NCBI GenBank assembly: GCA_963665815.1
Contig: OY762463.1
Span: forward strand, 1,152,001-1,216,000
Length of the DNA: 64,000 bases
Reading direction: 5' to 3'
From: Candidatus Cloacimonadales bacterium
GTDB taxonomy: Bacteria; Cloacimonadota; Cloacimonadia; Cloacimonadales; JAIOQZ01
Made by a program: the position numbers and the translations under genes. Positions 9,467 through 18,896 of this stretch are shown here, piece by piece. The notes beneath the pieces were generated by a model. The model saw only the letters and a program-made list of their open reading frames with translations. It did no database searches and was not told where the DNA came from. Position 1 is the stretch's first letter. Each line of letters opens with the position of its first letter.

Positions 9467-11026
9467 ATGAAAAGACTTTTATTGTTTTTCATAGTATTTT
9501 CCATTATTTTAGCTGGCTGTGCAGACAGAAAAGCTGAAAAACTTAATAAATCCCTTGTAAAGGCTGTTCAAGATAATAACCCTGAAGAAGTTTCAGCTCT
9601 CCTGAAATCAGGTGCAAGCTTAAGCTCTAAATCAGAAGAAGGTATGACTGTGTTAATGATTGCTTCCCAGAAAAACTACCTTGAGATTGTGAAACTGCTT
9701 GTTAGTCACGGTGCAGACGTTAATGAGAATCCTCTTTTCTCCGGGGATGAAACAGCTTTAAAAAAAGCACTTCTATACAACAACATGGAAGTTGCTCAAT
9801 ACCTTAAAGATCATGGAGCTGACGTTGACGCAGCAGACAAATCAGGTAATACTATTCTTATGCTTGAAGTAAAGTATGCTGCAAGACCGACGATAATCAA
9901 ATGGCTTATAGAAAATGGAGCAGATGCTTCGAGAAGAAACGATGAAGGCTTGAGCGCTCTTGACTTTGCAACGGAAAGAAACGATTTTTCCATAACAAAA
10001 CTCCTGCTGGATAAAGGTACGGAAATTACAAATGATAATCTATCAGAGCTTAATGAAAAATTGTGGGAAGCCCTTAAAGATAACAATCTGGAAACGGCAA
10101 AGCTTATTCTGAAAAAAATAACGGATGTCAATGCTGTTAACAACGAAGGTAAATCAGTTCTAATGTGCTCAATTGATCTGGATAACCCGGGAGCTACTGA
10201 CCTTTTACTGCGCAACAAGGCAAGTATTGAAACAGAGAATGTTAACGGAAACACCTGCCTTTCTTATGCCGTGTTCAAAAATAAAGATGATGTAATTATT
10301 AATAAACTGCTTAAATATGGTGCTAATGTAAATACTGCAAACTATGATGGTTTAACACCACTTATGCTTGCAGCTCTCAATAAAAACTATGAGCTGGCAA
10401 AACTTATGATTGATTATGGGGCAGATGTGAATGCGGTAGACGCTATAGGAAGAACTGCTCTCATGCTTTGCAGTATTGATCCTAAAACAGAATTTCATGA
10501 CACTCATAAACCTTCAAATGAATTCAGTAAAACCGCCAGACTTCTGCTGAACAGCGGAGCAAAGATAAATATCAAAGACAGAACAAAATCTGATGCTCTT
10601 TCCTACGCTCTTCGTTATCACAGAACAGGCTGTGCAAAACTTCTCATTGAGAAGGGAGCAGATATATCAACTCTTGTCCCGGATAAGTACAGAAACAAAT
10701 ATCCGGCTATTGTCTGGGCATCAAGAAAACACTTCTCAAATGCGGATTATGCTCCTATTTTGAAATCACTCGTTGAGAAGAAAGCAGATGTAAATGTTCG
10801 CAGCTCTAATGGTACAACAGCGTTAATCGAGCAGACTAAAAGGAATAATCTTGATTTGATTCAATATCTGCTTGATAACAATGCTGATGTTACAGTTGCA
10901 GATAATGACGGAACAACAGCTCTGGACATAGCTAAGAGAAACAACTTTACGAAAGCTGCAGAAATATTGCAGAAAGCCCTGGATAAAAAACTTAAAGAAG
11001 AAGAAGAAAAGAGTCAGCAACAATAA
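9467..11026 (+). CDS. ankyrin-repeat lipoprotein
   Basis: Lipobox ILAGC; many G.T.L..A...LL..GADVN repeats. Confidence 0.9.
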   Translation: MKRLLLFFIVFSIILAGCADRKAEKLNKSLVKAVQDNNPEEVSALLKSGASLSSKSEEGMTVLMIASQKNYLEIVKLLVSHGADVNENPLFSGDETALKKALLYNNMEVAQYLKDHGADVDAADKSGNTILMLEVKYAARPTIIKWLIENGADASRRNDEGLSALDFATERNDFSITKLLLDKGTEITNDNLSELNEKLWEALKDNNLETAKLILKKITDVNAVNNEGKSVLMCSIDLDNPGATDLLLRNKASIETENVNGNTCLSYAVFKNKDDVIINKLLKYGANVNTANYDGLTPLMLAALNKNYELAKLMIDYGADVNAVDAIGRTALMLCSIDPKTEFHDTHKPSNEFSKTARLLLNSGAKINIKDRTKSDALSYALRYHRTGCAKLLIEKGADISTLVPDKYRNKYPAIVWASRKHFSNADYAPILKSLVEKKADVNVRSSNGTTALIEQTKRNNLDLIQYLLDNNADVTVADNDGTTALDIAKRNNFTKAAEILQKALDKKLKEEEEKSQQQ

Positions 11027-11029
11027 CAT

Positions 11030-12478
11030 ATGAACATACAATGTCGATTGAATTGGCTGTATAAACTAGTATTGATAATTTCAGCATCATTAGTTATGTA
11101 TAGCTGTGCAAAAGGTGATATTAATTCAAAACTGATAGACTCAGTCAAAAAACATGATATCAAAGCAGTTACGAACTGTCTTCATAAAGAAGCGGATCCT
11201 GACGCCAGAGATCCCAGAAAGAAATACACAGCCCTGCATCATGCAATTAGTTCACAGTCTTTTGATATATGCAAAATACTTCTCGATGCGGGAGCTGATC
11301 CTAATCTGACAAGCCCATATATTGGATCACCGCTCAACCACAGTTATAAATCAAATCAAGTTCATATTGCCAGACTTCTTCTAGAGAAGGGAGCTGATCT
11401 TGAAGAAAAAAACAGTAGTGGTGAATCTTTCATACTACAGGAAATGCTGAAAGATAAACGCCATGAATGGATTAAACTTTTTGTTGAATACAATGCAGAT
11501 TTAAATGTGAAAAATGAAAAACTCCTCTCCCCTCTCAGACTTGCTGTTCAAAGCGATGATTCTTTGCTGACTGATCTTTTTCTAAACAGTAATGCAAAAA
11601 TAAATGAAGCCGATACCCTTAACGGATCGCTAATGTGGTCTGCACTTGAATCCGGCAACATTGTAATTGCTGAACTATTAATTTCCTATGGTGCTAACAT
11701 TCATAACAGCAATAATATGGGGAACAATCTTCTGATGCATGAACTGACTAATAGTGCGAGGACAGAGATTATCAGTTTTCTTATAAGAAACGGTATTGAT
11801 GTTAATCAGAAAAACAGGGATGGTATGACCGCATTAATGATTGCAGCCTTAAACAGACATCCACATGCAGTTCAAACTCTCATCAACAATGGAGCAAAAG
11901 TCAACGATGTAAACGGACTCAACATGACTGCCTTGATGATGACCTGCATTGATATGAAAAAGAAAACACAGAAAGAATACCTGAATCCTGAAGGTAATCT
12001 TGAATCAGCTATTATTCTTGTTGAGTCAGGAGCTGATATAAACAAAATAGACCGATTGGAGTTTAATGCCTTAAGCTATGCTCTTCTTAATAACGAAGTG
12101 GAGTTAGCAGTATACCTTCTTAGAAATGGTGCAGATGTGAACACTAAAGTTGTGGACAACCGTAACAATGAATACACAGCCTTAGTCTGGTCATCCAGAA
12201 AAGTATACTTCAGTAACAACTTCCAGTACATTTCGAAACTGCTTATATCACTTGGTGCTGATATAAACACTCAATGTGCTGATGGTACAACAGCTCTGAT
12301 GGAAGAAACCCGTAAAGGTAATTTTGATATGATCTATCTTTTACTGGAAAATGGAGCAGATGTGACATTGAAAAATTCTGAAGATGAGACTGCTCTAGAT
12401 ATTGCTAAATTCTATGGAAAGTTTGATGTTATTAATTTGTTAAAAGAAGCAGAAAAGGATAGTACTCTCTTCAAATAG
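11030..12478 (+). CDS. ankyrin-repeat lipoprotein, paralogue of the upstream gene
   Basis: Probable lipobox MYSC; ankyrin repeats; shares LVWSSRK/IVWASRK and GTTAL.E.T features with 9467..11026. Confidence 0.88.
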   Translation: MNIQCRLNWLYKLVLIISASLVMYSCAKGDINSKLIDSVKKHDIKAVTNCLHKEADPDARDPRKKYTALHHAISSQSFDICKILLDAGADPNLTSPYIGSPLNHSYKSNQVHIARLLLEKGADLEEKNSSGESFILQEMLKDKRHEWIKLFVEYNADLNVKNEKLLSPLRLAVQSDDSLLTDLFLNSNAKINEADTLNGSLMWSALESGNIVIAELLISYGANIHNSNNMGNNLLMHELTNSARTEIISFLIRNGIDVNQKNRDGMTALMIAALNRHPHAVQTLINNGAKVNDVNGLNMTALMMTCIDMKKKTQKEYLNPEGNLESAIILVESGADINKIDRLEFNALSYALLNNEVELAVYLLRNGADVNTKVVDNRNNEYTALVWSSRKVYFSNNFQYISKLLISLGADINTQCADGTTALMEETRKGNFDMIYLLLENGADVTLKNSEDETALDIAKFYGKFDVINLLKEAEKDSTLFK

Positions 12479-12668
12479 TTTCCACAAACTGTCTGATAAT
12501 AAGTAACAAAACTTAACTGAATAAAATTCATATAAAATTTTCAATGAAAATAAGCTTTTATTTGCAATTTTTCTGTTTTCAATTATAATAATAACAGATT
12601 TATAATATTAATTCTAAAAAAAGTATACTCATTTTATTATCATTTAAAAATAAATATAAGGAGAAAAC

Positions 12669-13091
12669 ATGCAATTTGCGCGTAAAACAATTTTATTGAT
12701 TATTTTGCTGATGCTGATGACAACTATACTGAATGCCAAAATAATCATAATCATTAACAAAGGCTCAGACATTAAGGTACTTCCTAAACCGGCTGCTAAA
12801 GCTATTTTCATGGGAGAACTTAAATCTCTTAAGGGGATTGATGAGTTAGTTGTAACAATCCAGAGTGACACAGACTCACACAGTGGTTTCCTTCAGGAGT
12901 ATATCGGTTCAACATCTTCTGATTTCAAAAAGCACTGGGAAAAGATGATCTACACAGGAAAAGCAATGGAACCTGAAGTAATGAATTCTGATCAAGAAGT
13001 AATTGATTATGTAAAAGCTAACAAAGGGGCTATTGGGTATATTGATGTTAAGTCACTGGACGACAGTGTAAAAGCTGTAATGGTAAATTAA
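12669..13091 (+). CDS. small periplasmic protein with a PBP/PstS-like fold
   Basis: Signal peptide; IIIINK..., W.KMIYTGK and EVIDYVKANKGAIGYI. Confidence 0.7.
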   Translation: MQFARKTILLIILLMLMTTILNAKIIIIINKGSDIKVLPKPAAKAIFMGELKSLKGIDELVVTIQSDTDSHSGFLQEYIGSTSSDFKKHWEKMIYTGKAMEPEVMNSDQEVIDYVKANKGAIGYIDVKSLDDSVKAVMVN

Positions 13092-13100
13092 GGAGAACAA

Positions 13101-14324
13101 ATGAAAAGAATAACAATATTATCAATGCTTTTTATCTGCATGTCGTTTTCTCTATTCGCTTTTGGCAGCAAAAATGATGTTAAAATCCGTGGATATGTAT
13201 CTCAAGGATACCTGTATTCAGATGAAAACAATTTTAACGCAAAGACTTCTGAAGGAACATTTCATTTCAATGAAATAGGAATCAACTTCCAGAAAAAAAT
13301 ATCAAGAAAACTCCATGTAGGTCTCCAGCTCTCATCCAGAGATCTTGGAAACATGGAAAATAATACCGTCAGAATAGACTGGGCTTTTGCTGATTATCAA
13401 TGGAAACCATATCTTGGTGTTCGCGTTGGTAAAGCTAAAGTTCCTGTTGGAATGATGTCTGAATATTGGGACCTTGATATGGTTAGAACCAATATCTTCC
13501 TTCCACTTGGAGTATATCCAGAAACTTTCAGAGATGTGTTTATGACAAACAGAGGTTTAGGACTCTATGGAAGTCGTAACTTTGGAAGTTTTGGTAATTT
13601 CAAATATAATATGATGATAGGTAGTGATGAAATTGACACTGAAGGTACTTTTGGAAGATATGTTTCAAGTGATTTGCAAACTCTTGATATGAGATATAAA
13701 ATCAATGCCAATATTGCATGGGAGACTCCTCTGAAAGGACTTGAAGTCAGTGGTTCATATATTCAGGGAGATTTCAAATATGCTCTTCCGGATCCTGCTG
13801 ATACTTTAAAGTCAATTGAGTCACACGTTAGACCTGAAGTATATATTGCATCTGCAAAATTCAATTACAAAAACTTTAATATTTCAGGAGAATATCTCTT
13901 ACTTGATATCAACCAGCTTAGACATTTCCATAGAACATTACCTCTTCCATCATTTGATTTTGTAGAAGTTGATCTGGCTCCGGATACAAAATCAATGGGA
14001 TTTTATGGAAAAGTTGATTATAGAATTAATGATATGTTTGAAATTGGTGCATATTATACTGAGTTTTATCCAAATGAAGATGATAAAGATGGTAAAAAAA
14101 TTCCAGAAAATCCTACAAAAGCATGGTCTCAAATCGAGGAATACGGATGGCAGAAAGATATTTGTCTTTCCCTGAGAACAGACTTAATGTCTTCCTGGAT
14201 AATTAAAACTGAAGTACATAAAATGAATGGTACTGCCAGCCTTTTTGAAGTTGACCAGGAAAACTCCCTTAAAGTAAAAAAAGATTGGTACCTGTTTGCC
14301 GCAAAACTGACATACCTTTTCTAA
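13101..14324 (+). CDS. outer-membrane beta-barrel (porin-like) protein
   Basis: Signal peptide, GYVSQGY, IDWAFADY, GVRVGKAKVPVG, amphipathic strands, terminal Phe (KLTYLF). Confidence 0.75.
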   Translation: MKRITILSMLFICMSFSLFAFGSKNDVKIRGYVSQGYLYSDENNFNAKTSEGTFHFNEIGINFQKKISRKLHVGLQLSSRDLGNMENNTVRIDWAFADYQWKPYLGVRVGKAKVPVGMMSEYWDLDMVRTNIFLPLGVYPETFRDVFMTNRGLGLYGSRNFGSFGNFKYNMMIGSDEIDTEGTFGRYVSSDLQTLDMRYKINANIAWETPLKGLEVSGSYIQGDFKYALPDPADTLKSIESHVRPEVYIASAKFNYKNFNISGEYLLLDINQLRHFHRTLPLPSFDFVEVDLAPDTKSMGFYGKVDYRINDMFEIGAYYTEFYPNEDDKDGKKIPENPTKAWSQIEEYGWQKDICLSLRTDLMSSWIIKTEVHKMNGTASLFEVDQENSLKVKKDWYLFAAKLTYLF

Positions 14325-14351
14325 TCATTTTTATTTGTGTGTCTGATTATG

Positions 14352-14379
14352 GCTGCTGAATAACTTCAGCAGCTTTTTT
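14352..14379 (+). terminator. rho-independent terminator
   Basis: GCTGCTGAA-taac-TTCAGCAGC followed by T6. Confidence 0.85.
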
Positions 14380-14478
14380 ATTGCAACTTTTACAGTATTA
14401 CTCAGTTATTGTTTCAAAGAGTCAATTTTGATTGTGGCTCTACGTCATCACATATATAATGAATCAACAGGAGTATAT

Positions 14479-15303
14479 ATGAAGATAAATACGCGTAACT
14501 TTTTTTTATTATTGATTGTTGTATTTTTGATTGGTTGTGATTTTGTTGATACCGAACCTGTCAGAAAAAGACGTTCCAGAGGAGGTTTATCCGGTGCTGC
14601 AAAGAAAGCTAGTGATGACTATTCAGGAGAACGGGTTGTCGAAGAAGAATACAAAAGAGAAAAAAAAAATCATCATAGACATCATAATGACTGTGATGAG
14701 GACGAAGAGAATGAAACAACTACAAGCACTGTTGACACAAGTCTTCCTATTGAATCAATTTTCATCAAACCCTACTATTCCAATGGTATCATGACTCTTA
14801 ACTCTCAAACGGATTATATGAAGTTTGGTCTTGATTTTGGTATGAATATGGAAAAGAACTCAGTCGCATTTGATATTGGAATGGGTCCAGTGAATCTGCT
14901 CAGCAGTAATAAACTGACAGATGGTTTTAAAAAAGACATGTTCAAGATAGATTTAAATATCGGTATGAGAAAACCTTTCACATCTGATCACACATTTCTT
15001 GGTGGTCATTTCCTCTTTGGAGGTGGTTTGAGCATTCTGTCCTACAGGTTCAAAAACTCTTTGAAGGTAGAAGACTACGAAGGTGATCTGGAAACAATAA
15101 ACAGTGATTTCCTCACCGGAATAAATATTTACACAGGGCTTGGAGGACTTATCTTCAATCCTGAAAAAACAAAAATATCTCTTGATATTCAAGCGGGAGT
15201 AATTCTATGGAATGAGACAACATTTCAGGATTTTGAGAACGATGTATTTGATCCATCGGCTTACCTGCTTTTTAAATTCGGACCACTTTTTGAGTTTGAC
15301 TAA
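14479..15303 (+). CDS. hypothetical lipoprotein with a charged/His-rich linker and a C-terminal beta-barrel-like domain
   Basis: Lipobox LIGC; KKNHHRHHNDCDEDEE; alternating hydrophobic strands; GGAG RBS before the ATG at 14479. Confidence 0.6.
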   Translation: MKINTRNFFLLLIVVFLIGCDFVDTEPVRKRRSRGGLSGAAKKASDDYSGERVVEEEYKREKKNHHRHHNDCDEDEENETTTSTVDTSLPIESIFIKPYYSNGIMTLNSQTDYMKFGLDFGMNMEKNSVAFDIGMGPVNLLSSNKLTDGFKKDMFKIDLNIGMRKPFTSDHTFLGGHFLFGGGLSILSYRFKNSLKVEDYEGDLETINSDFLTGINIYTGLGGLIFNPEKTKISLDIQAGVILWNETTFQDFENDVFDPSAYLLFKFGPLFEFD

Positions 15304-15312
15304 GGAGAAAAT

Positions 15313-16296
15313 ATGCATTTCCTAATTATTGGTGGAAAAAAATTTCTGGGTAAACATATCGTAGGGCAACTGATTGCAAAAGGACATAATGTAACTATGT
15401 TCAACAGAGGAAAAACTAATCCTGATTTGTTCAGCGAAGTTAAAACTATTCAGGGAGACAGAGATTGTGATCTTGAAAAACTAAAAAATATTAGCGCGGA
15501 TGTTGTCATTGATACTTGTGCTTACTTTCCGAATCAGGTTACTGAACTTCTAAAAGTAGTAAAATCCAATATCAAACACTACATTATAATATCTTCAGTA
15601 TCTGTTTATCAGGATTTCAAAATATGCAATATCAATGAGGATTATCCGGTTGGTACAATAGAAGATGAAAAAACAAGAGAGATTACAGGTGAAACCTATG
15701 GTCCTCTTAAAGCACTTTGCGAAAATAAGGCGTTCTCTGAATTTGATAATGTTACTGTTGTTCGTCCAGGGTTAATCTGCGGACCAGATGATCCTTCTGA
15801 CAGATTTACCTACTGGCCGGTAATTATGCAACGAGCAGACAGTATTATAGCCCCCGACAGTGAAGATAACATCCAGTTCATAGATGTACGTGATCTTGCT
15901 GAATGGATAATTAACCTTGCTGAAAATTGTATCACGGGAACATTTAATGCTACGGGACCGGAAAATCCCCTTAAAATAAATGAGTTTCTACTGCATTGCA
16001 GAACAATAGTAAATCCTGATGTTGAGATTGTATTCAAAGACCAGAGTTTTCTTACAAAAAACGAAATCATGCCATGGTCAGATATTCCTGCCTGGATTCC
16101 TGCTGAAGGAGACTATACAGGATTTTCTGAGATTGATGTCTCAAGGGCAGTTAAAAACGGACTTAAATTCCGAGATTATAGCGAAACAATCAGAGATACA
16201 CTGAACTGGTACAAGGCAAATTTTAATGAGGACTCAGAACTTAAAAGCGGATTAAATCCCGGGAGAATTCAGTCTCTGCTTGAACAAGAAACCTAA
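15313..16296 (+). CDS. NAD-dependent epimerase/dehydratase (isoflavone reductase-like SDR)
   Basis: IIGGKKFLG, FNRGKT, ISSVSVY, YGPLKALCE, RPGLICGP.D.SDRFTYW. Confidence 0.9.
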   Translation: MHFLIIGGKKFLGKHIVGQLIAKGHNVTMFNRGKTNPDLFSEVKTIQGDRDCDLEKLKNISADVVIDTCAYFPNQVTELLKVVKSNIKHYIIISSVSVYQDFKICNINEDYPVGTIEDEKTREITGETYGPLKALCENKAFSEFDNVTVVRPGLICGPDDPSDRFTYWPVIMQRADSIIAPDSEDNIQFIDVRDLAEWIINLAENCITGTFNATGPENPLKINEFLLHCRTIVNPDVEIVFKDQSFLTKNEIMPWSDIPAWIPAEGDYTGFSEIDVSRAVKNGLKFRDYSETIRDTLNWYKANFNEDSELKSGLNPGRIQSLLEQET

Positions 16297-16901
16297 GCGT
16301 CAGTTTCTTCCAGATTTTTAAAATATTCTATGATGAATGGAATCATCTTCTTGAGTGCTCTTCCTCTGTGGCTGATTTCATTCTTTGCTTCATCAGTCAT
16401 CTCACCAAAAGTAAGACCGGTTTCAGTTGATCTGAATATTGCATCATAGCCAAAACCCTTTACTCCTATCTCTCTGTCTGTAATCTCTCCTTCTACCCTG
16501 CCTTCAGTAACATGGATTACTTCTTCAGGAGAGCAAAATGCTGCAACAGTTATAAATCTGGCGGACCTGTTATTCTGATTCTGCATTTCTTCAAGCATCT
16601 TATCTCTATTATCCTTATATGAGCAATCAGCTCCGGCATATCGAGCAGAAAAAACTCCTGGTTGACCATCAAGAGCATCCACAAATAGTCCTGTATCATC
16701 AGCAAGAGTGTATACTCCTGTAAACTCGGCTGTTTCCTGTGCTTTTTTTCTGGCATTGCCTTCCAGAGTATCGCAATCCTCAACAACTTCCGGCATATCA
16801 TCAAAAGAAATCATTGAAACAACATCTATATCTGTTCCTGAAAACAATTGCTTTATTTCTTTCAGTTTATCATTATTTCTTGTAGCTAACAACAGTTTCA
16901 T
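16293..16901 (-). CDS. rdgB: RdgB/HAM1 non-canonical purine NTP pyrophosphatase
   Basis: LATRN..KL.E, ADDTGL.VDAL.G.PGV.SARYAG, GFGYD..F, KNEISHRGRAL. Confidence 0.95.
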   Translation of the reverse strand: MKLLLATRNNDKLKEIKQLFSGTDIDVVSMISFDDMPEVVEDCDTLEGNARKKAQETAEFTGVYTLADDTGLFVDALDGQPGVFSARYAGADCSYKDNRDKMLEEMQNQNNRSARFITVAAFCSPEEVIHVTEGRVEGEITDREIGVKGFGYDAIFRSTETGLTFGEMTDEAKNEISHRGRALKKMIPFIIEYFKNLEETDA

Positions 16902-16902
16902 A

Positions 16903-17439
16903 TCAACCTCTTCTCACATTAATCCATTTTTTAATTTTTGAATATACTTTTGAATTCATCAATGCATTGGATTTTTCAATAATATTGGTTATTGAGTTCA
17001 GCAGGTTAGTTTTTCCACTCCAGTGTTTGTTGAGTATTTCCGGATTAATATCCTTAATAATAGTATTTAAGCCATATACAACAATGAGCAGATCATCCAT
17101 CAGTCCTATAACAGGAATAAAGTCCGGAATAAAATCTACAGGAAGTATAACATAACCTACAAGTGCCAGTATAAAGGTCTTGTCTTTAACCGGAACTTCT
17201 TTGTCTTTCAGTAACCTCAGCAACAGCATAAAAAAATCAGGCAGCATGAGAACGTAATCCAGTACAGGATGATCATGATATTTCCCAGCCATGTCCCTGA
17301 TCTTGTTTCTAAGCTTTTCGTAGAAACGATAATGCTTTTCCTGATCTTCTTTGTTATATTCAAAAGCTCTTAACTTTTTTACTTCCTCTTCGTTAAGTTC
17401 TTCTGCTTCAGTTTCGATGATTTCTTCATCATTAAACAT
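16903..17439 (-). CDS. DUF1232/YkvA-family membrane protein
   Basis: YVILPVDFIPDFIPVIGLMDD. Confidence 0.9.
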   Translation of the reverse strand: MFNDEEIIETEAEELNEEEVKKLRAFEYNKEDQEKHYRFYEKLRNKIRDMAGKYHDHPVLDYVLMLPDFFMLLLRLLKDKEVPVKDKTFILALVGYVILPVDFIPDFIPVIGLMDDLLIVVYGLNTIIKDINPEILNKHWSGKTNLLNSITNIIEKSNALMNSKVYSKIKKWINVRRG

Positions 17440-18280
17440 TCAGTTCCTCCATGATTAGTTTTTCCAGATTGAGAACATGCATACGGGGCACCCAGAAATC
17501 TTCGCTTTTCATTCCGGGAAGACAATCTTCCAATTTCAGATTTGTTTTCAGTATCTCCAAATATTTATCATACTCCAAATCTTTATTGTTGTGTATAATC
17601 TCGAGAAATTTTGTTTTTAAACTCTTCAAATATACCAGATCAGATTCCAGTTTACTTTTTGATACATTATATCCATGTCCGGTTAGATACGTTGCACAAT
17701 TGAGACTAAGTAACTTTTGTAAACTACCTATCAGTTCTTTATGAGAACCCCAGTAAAAGTAAGGAATAGCATACTTTTCATTGCACGAATTTAATACTGT
17801 ATCCCCACAGATTACAAATGAATTGTTCCCTGAATAAATTGATGAACTATCCGGAGAATGTCCCGGAGTATGAACAATACGTAAATCAATATTATCCAGG
17901 AACTGAATCCCTGTATCAAAAATAATATTCGGTTTTCGGATGATATCATTATTGATTGTTCTTACTCTTTTCTTTGAAATTACATATTTTTCTCTGCTTA
18001 TTGTAGTCCAGAAATCCTTATGAGCAATGATAACTGTGTTATCCTCAGCAATAATTCTGTTACCATAGCAATGGTCACTATGCCAATGAGTATTAACAAT
18101 ATAACGAACTGGCTTTGCAACCTCAATAATATGTTCTTTAAGCTCATTTATGTCTTTAGGACGAATCAGAGTATCAAATACAATCAGGAAATCAGTCATT
18201 TCCAGAACATAAGAATTCACACAAGCTCCATCTGAACAGAGTTGTGTTAAACTATCATTTATTTTAATTTTCTCCAGCAT
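17432..18280 (-). CDS. metallo-beta-lactamase fold hydrolase
   Basis: NTHWHSDHCYGN, HTPGHS, GD and TGHG motifs. Confidence 0.9.
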   Translation of the reverse strand: MLEKIKINDSLTQLCSDGACVNSYVLEMTDFLIVFDTLIRPKDINELKEHIIEVAKPVRYIVNTHWHSDHCYGNRIIAEDNTVIIAHKDFWTTISREKYVISKKRVRTINNDIIRKPNIIFDTGIQFLDNIDLRIVHTPGHSPDSSSIYSGNNSFVICGDTVLNSCNEKYAIPYFYWGSHKELIGSLQKLLSLNCATYLTGHGYNVSKSKLESDLVYLKSLKTKFLEIIHNNKDLEYDKYLEILKTNLKLEDCLPGMKSEDFWVPRMHVLNLEKLIMEELNV

Positions 18281-18431
18281 ATCTCATCTCAAAATTTTAC
18301 TTGTGACATTTCTATACTTCCTTGAAATTTTTGCAAGTATTATTAACCTCAGAGATTAACTATGTTCTCTCAGCTCATAGCTTTTCAGATCAGAAATTTA
18401 TCAAACTTAATTCTTCATATGCAATTTCATT

Positions 18432-18465
18432 AAAAGAGCCCTCCGACAGCAGAATCAAAGGGCTC
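18432..18465 (-). terminator. terminator-like hairpin upstream of the MBL gene
   Basis: Minus strand GAGCCCTTTGA-ttctgctg-TCGGAGGGCTC followed by TTTT (11 bp stem including two G-U pairs). Confidence 0.55.
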
Positions 18466-18896
18466 ATGTTCATGAGAACATATGTAATTACTCATAGTTT
18501 AATTATTATTAAACAGATAGTTATGTCAACTCAAACAATAAAAATTATTTGAGGTGACAGATATTTTTTACTTGCTTTATTGTACTATAATCATCAGATA
18601 TCTTTTTATGACAAAGTTTGAAAAATACAAGAATAGAGTTTTGTGTTTTCATAATAGATTATTATATTGTTATTAAGTATTTGCTTCTCTAGTTTCAGTC
18701 TTTAAAGAATATGATGAGACCTTTGCACAATTGATTTAGCTGATGAATTCAGAATTTCATCCTATTTCAGATCAAAAATTGATCCTTAAATGACTCTCTT
18801 GCAGATTCTTTTAAATTCATCGAACCAAAGAGTCATAAAGGATTATTGTTGTTATTATGCAAAGATCCCTTATTAATCACATATCGAGGAGAATCT

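Noticed and set aside
18322-18552. 76-aa plus-strand ORF
   Set aside because: TTG start without an RBS and no motif; overlaps likely regulatory DNA.
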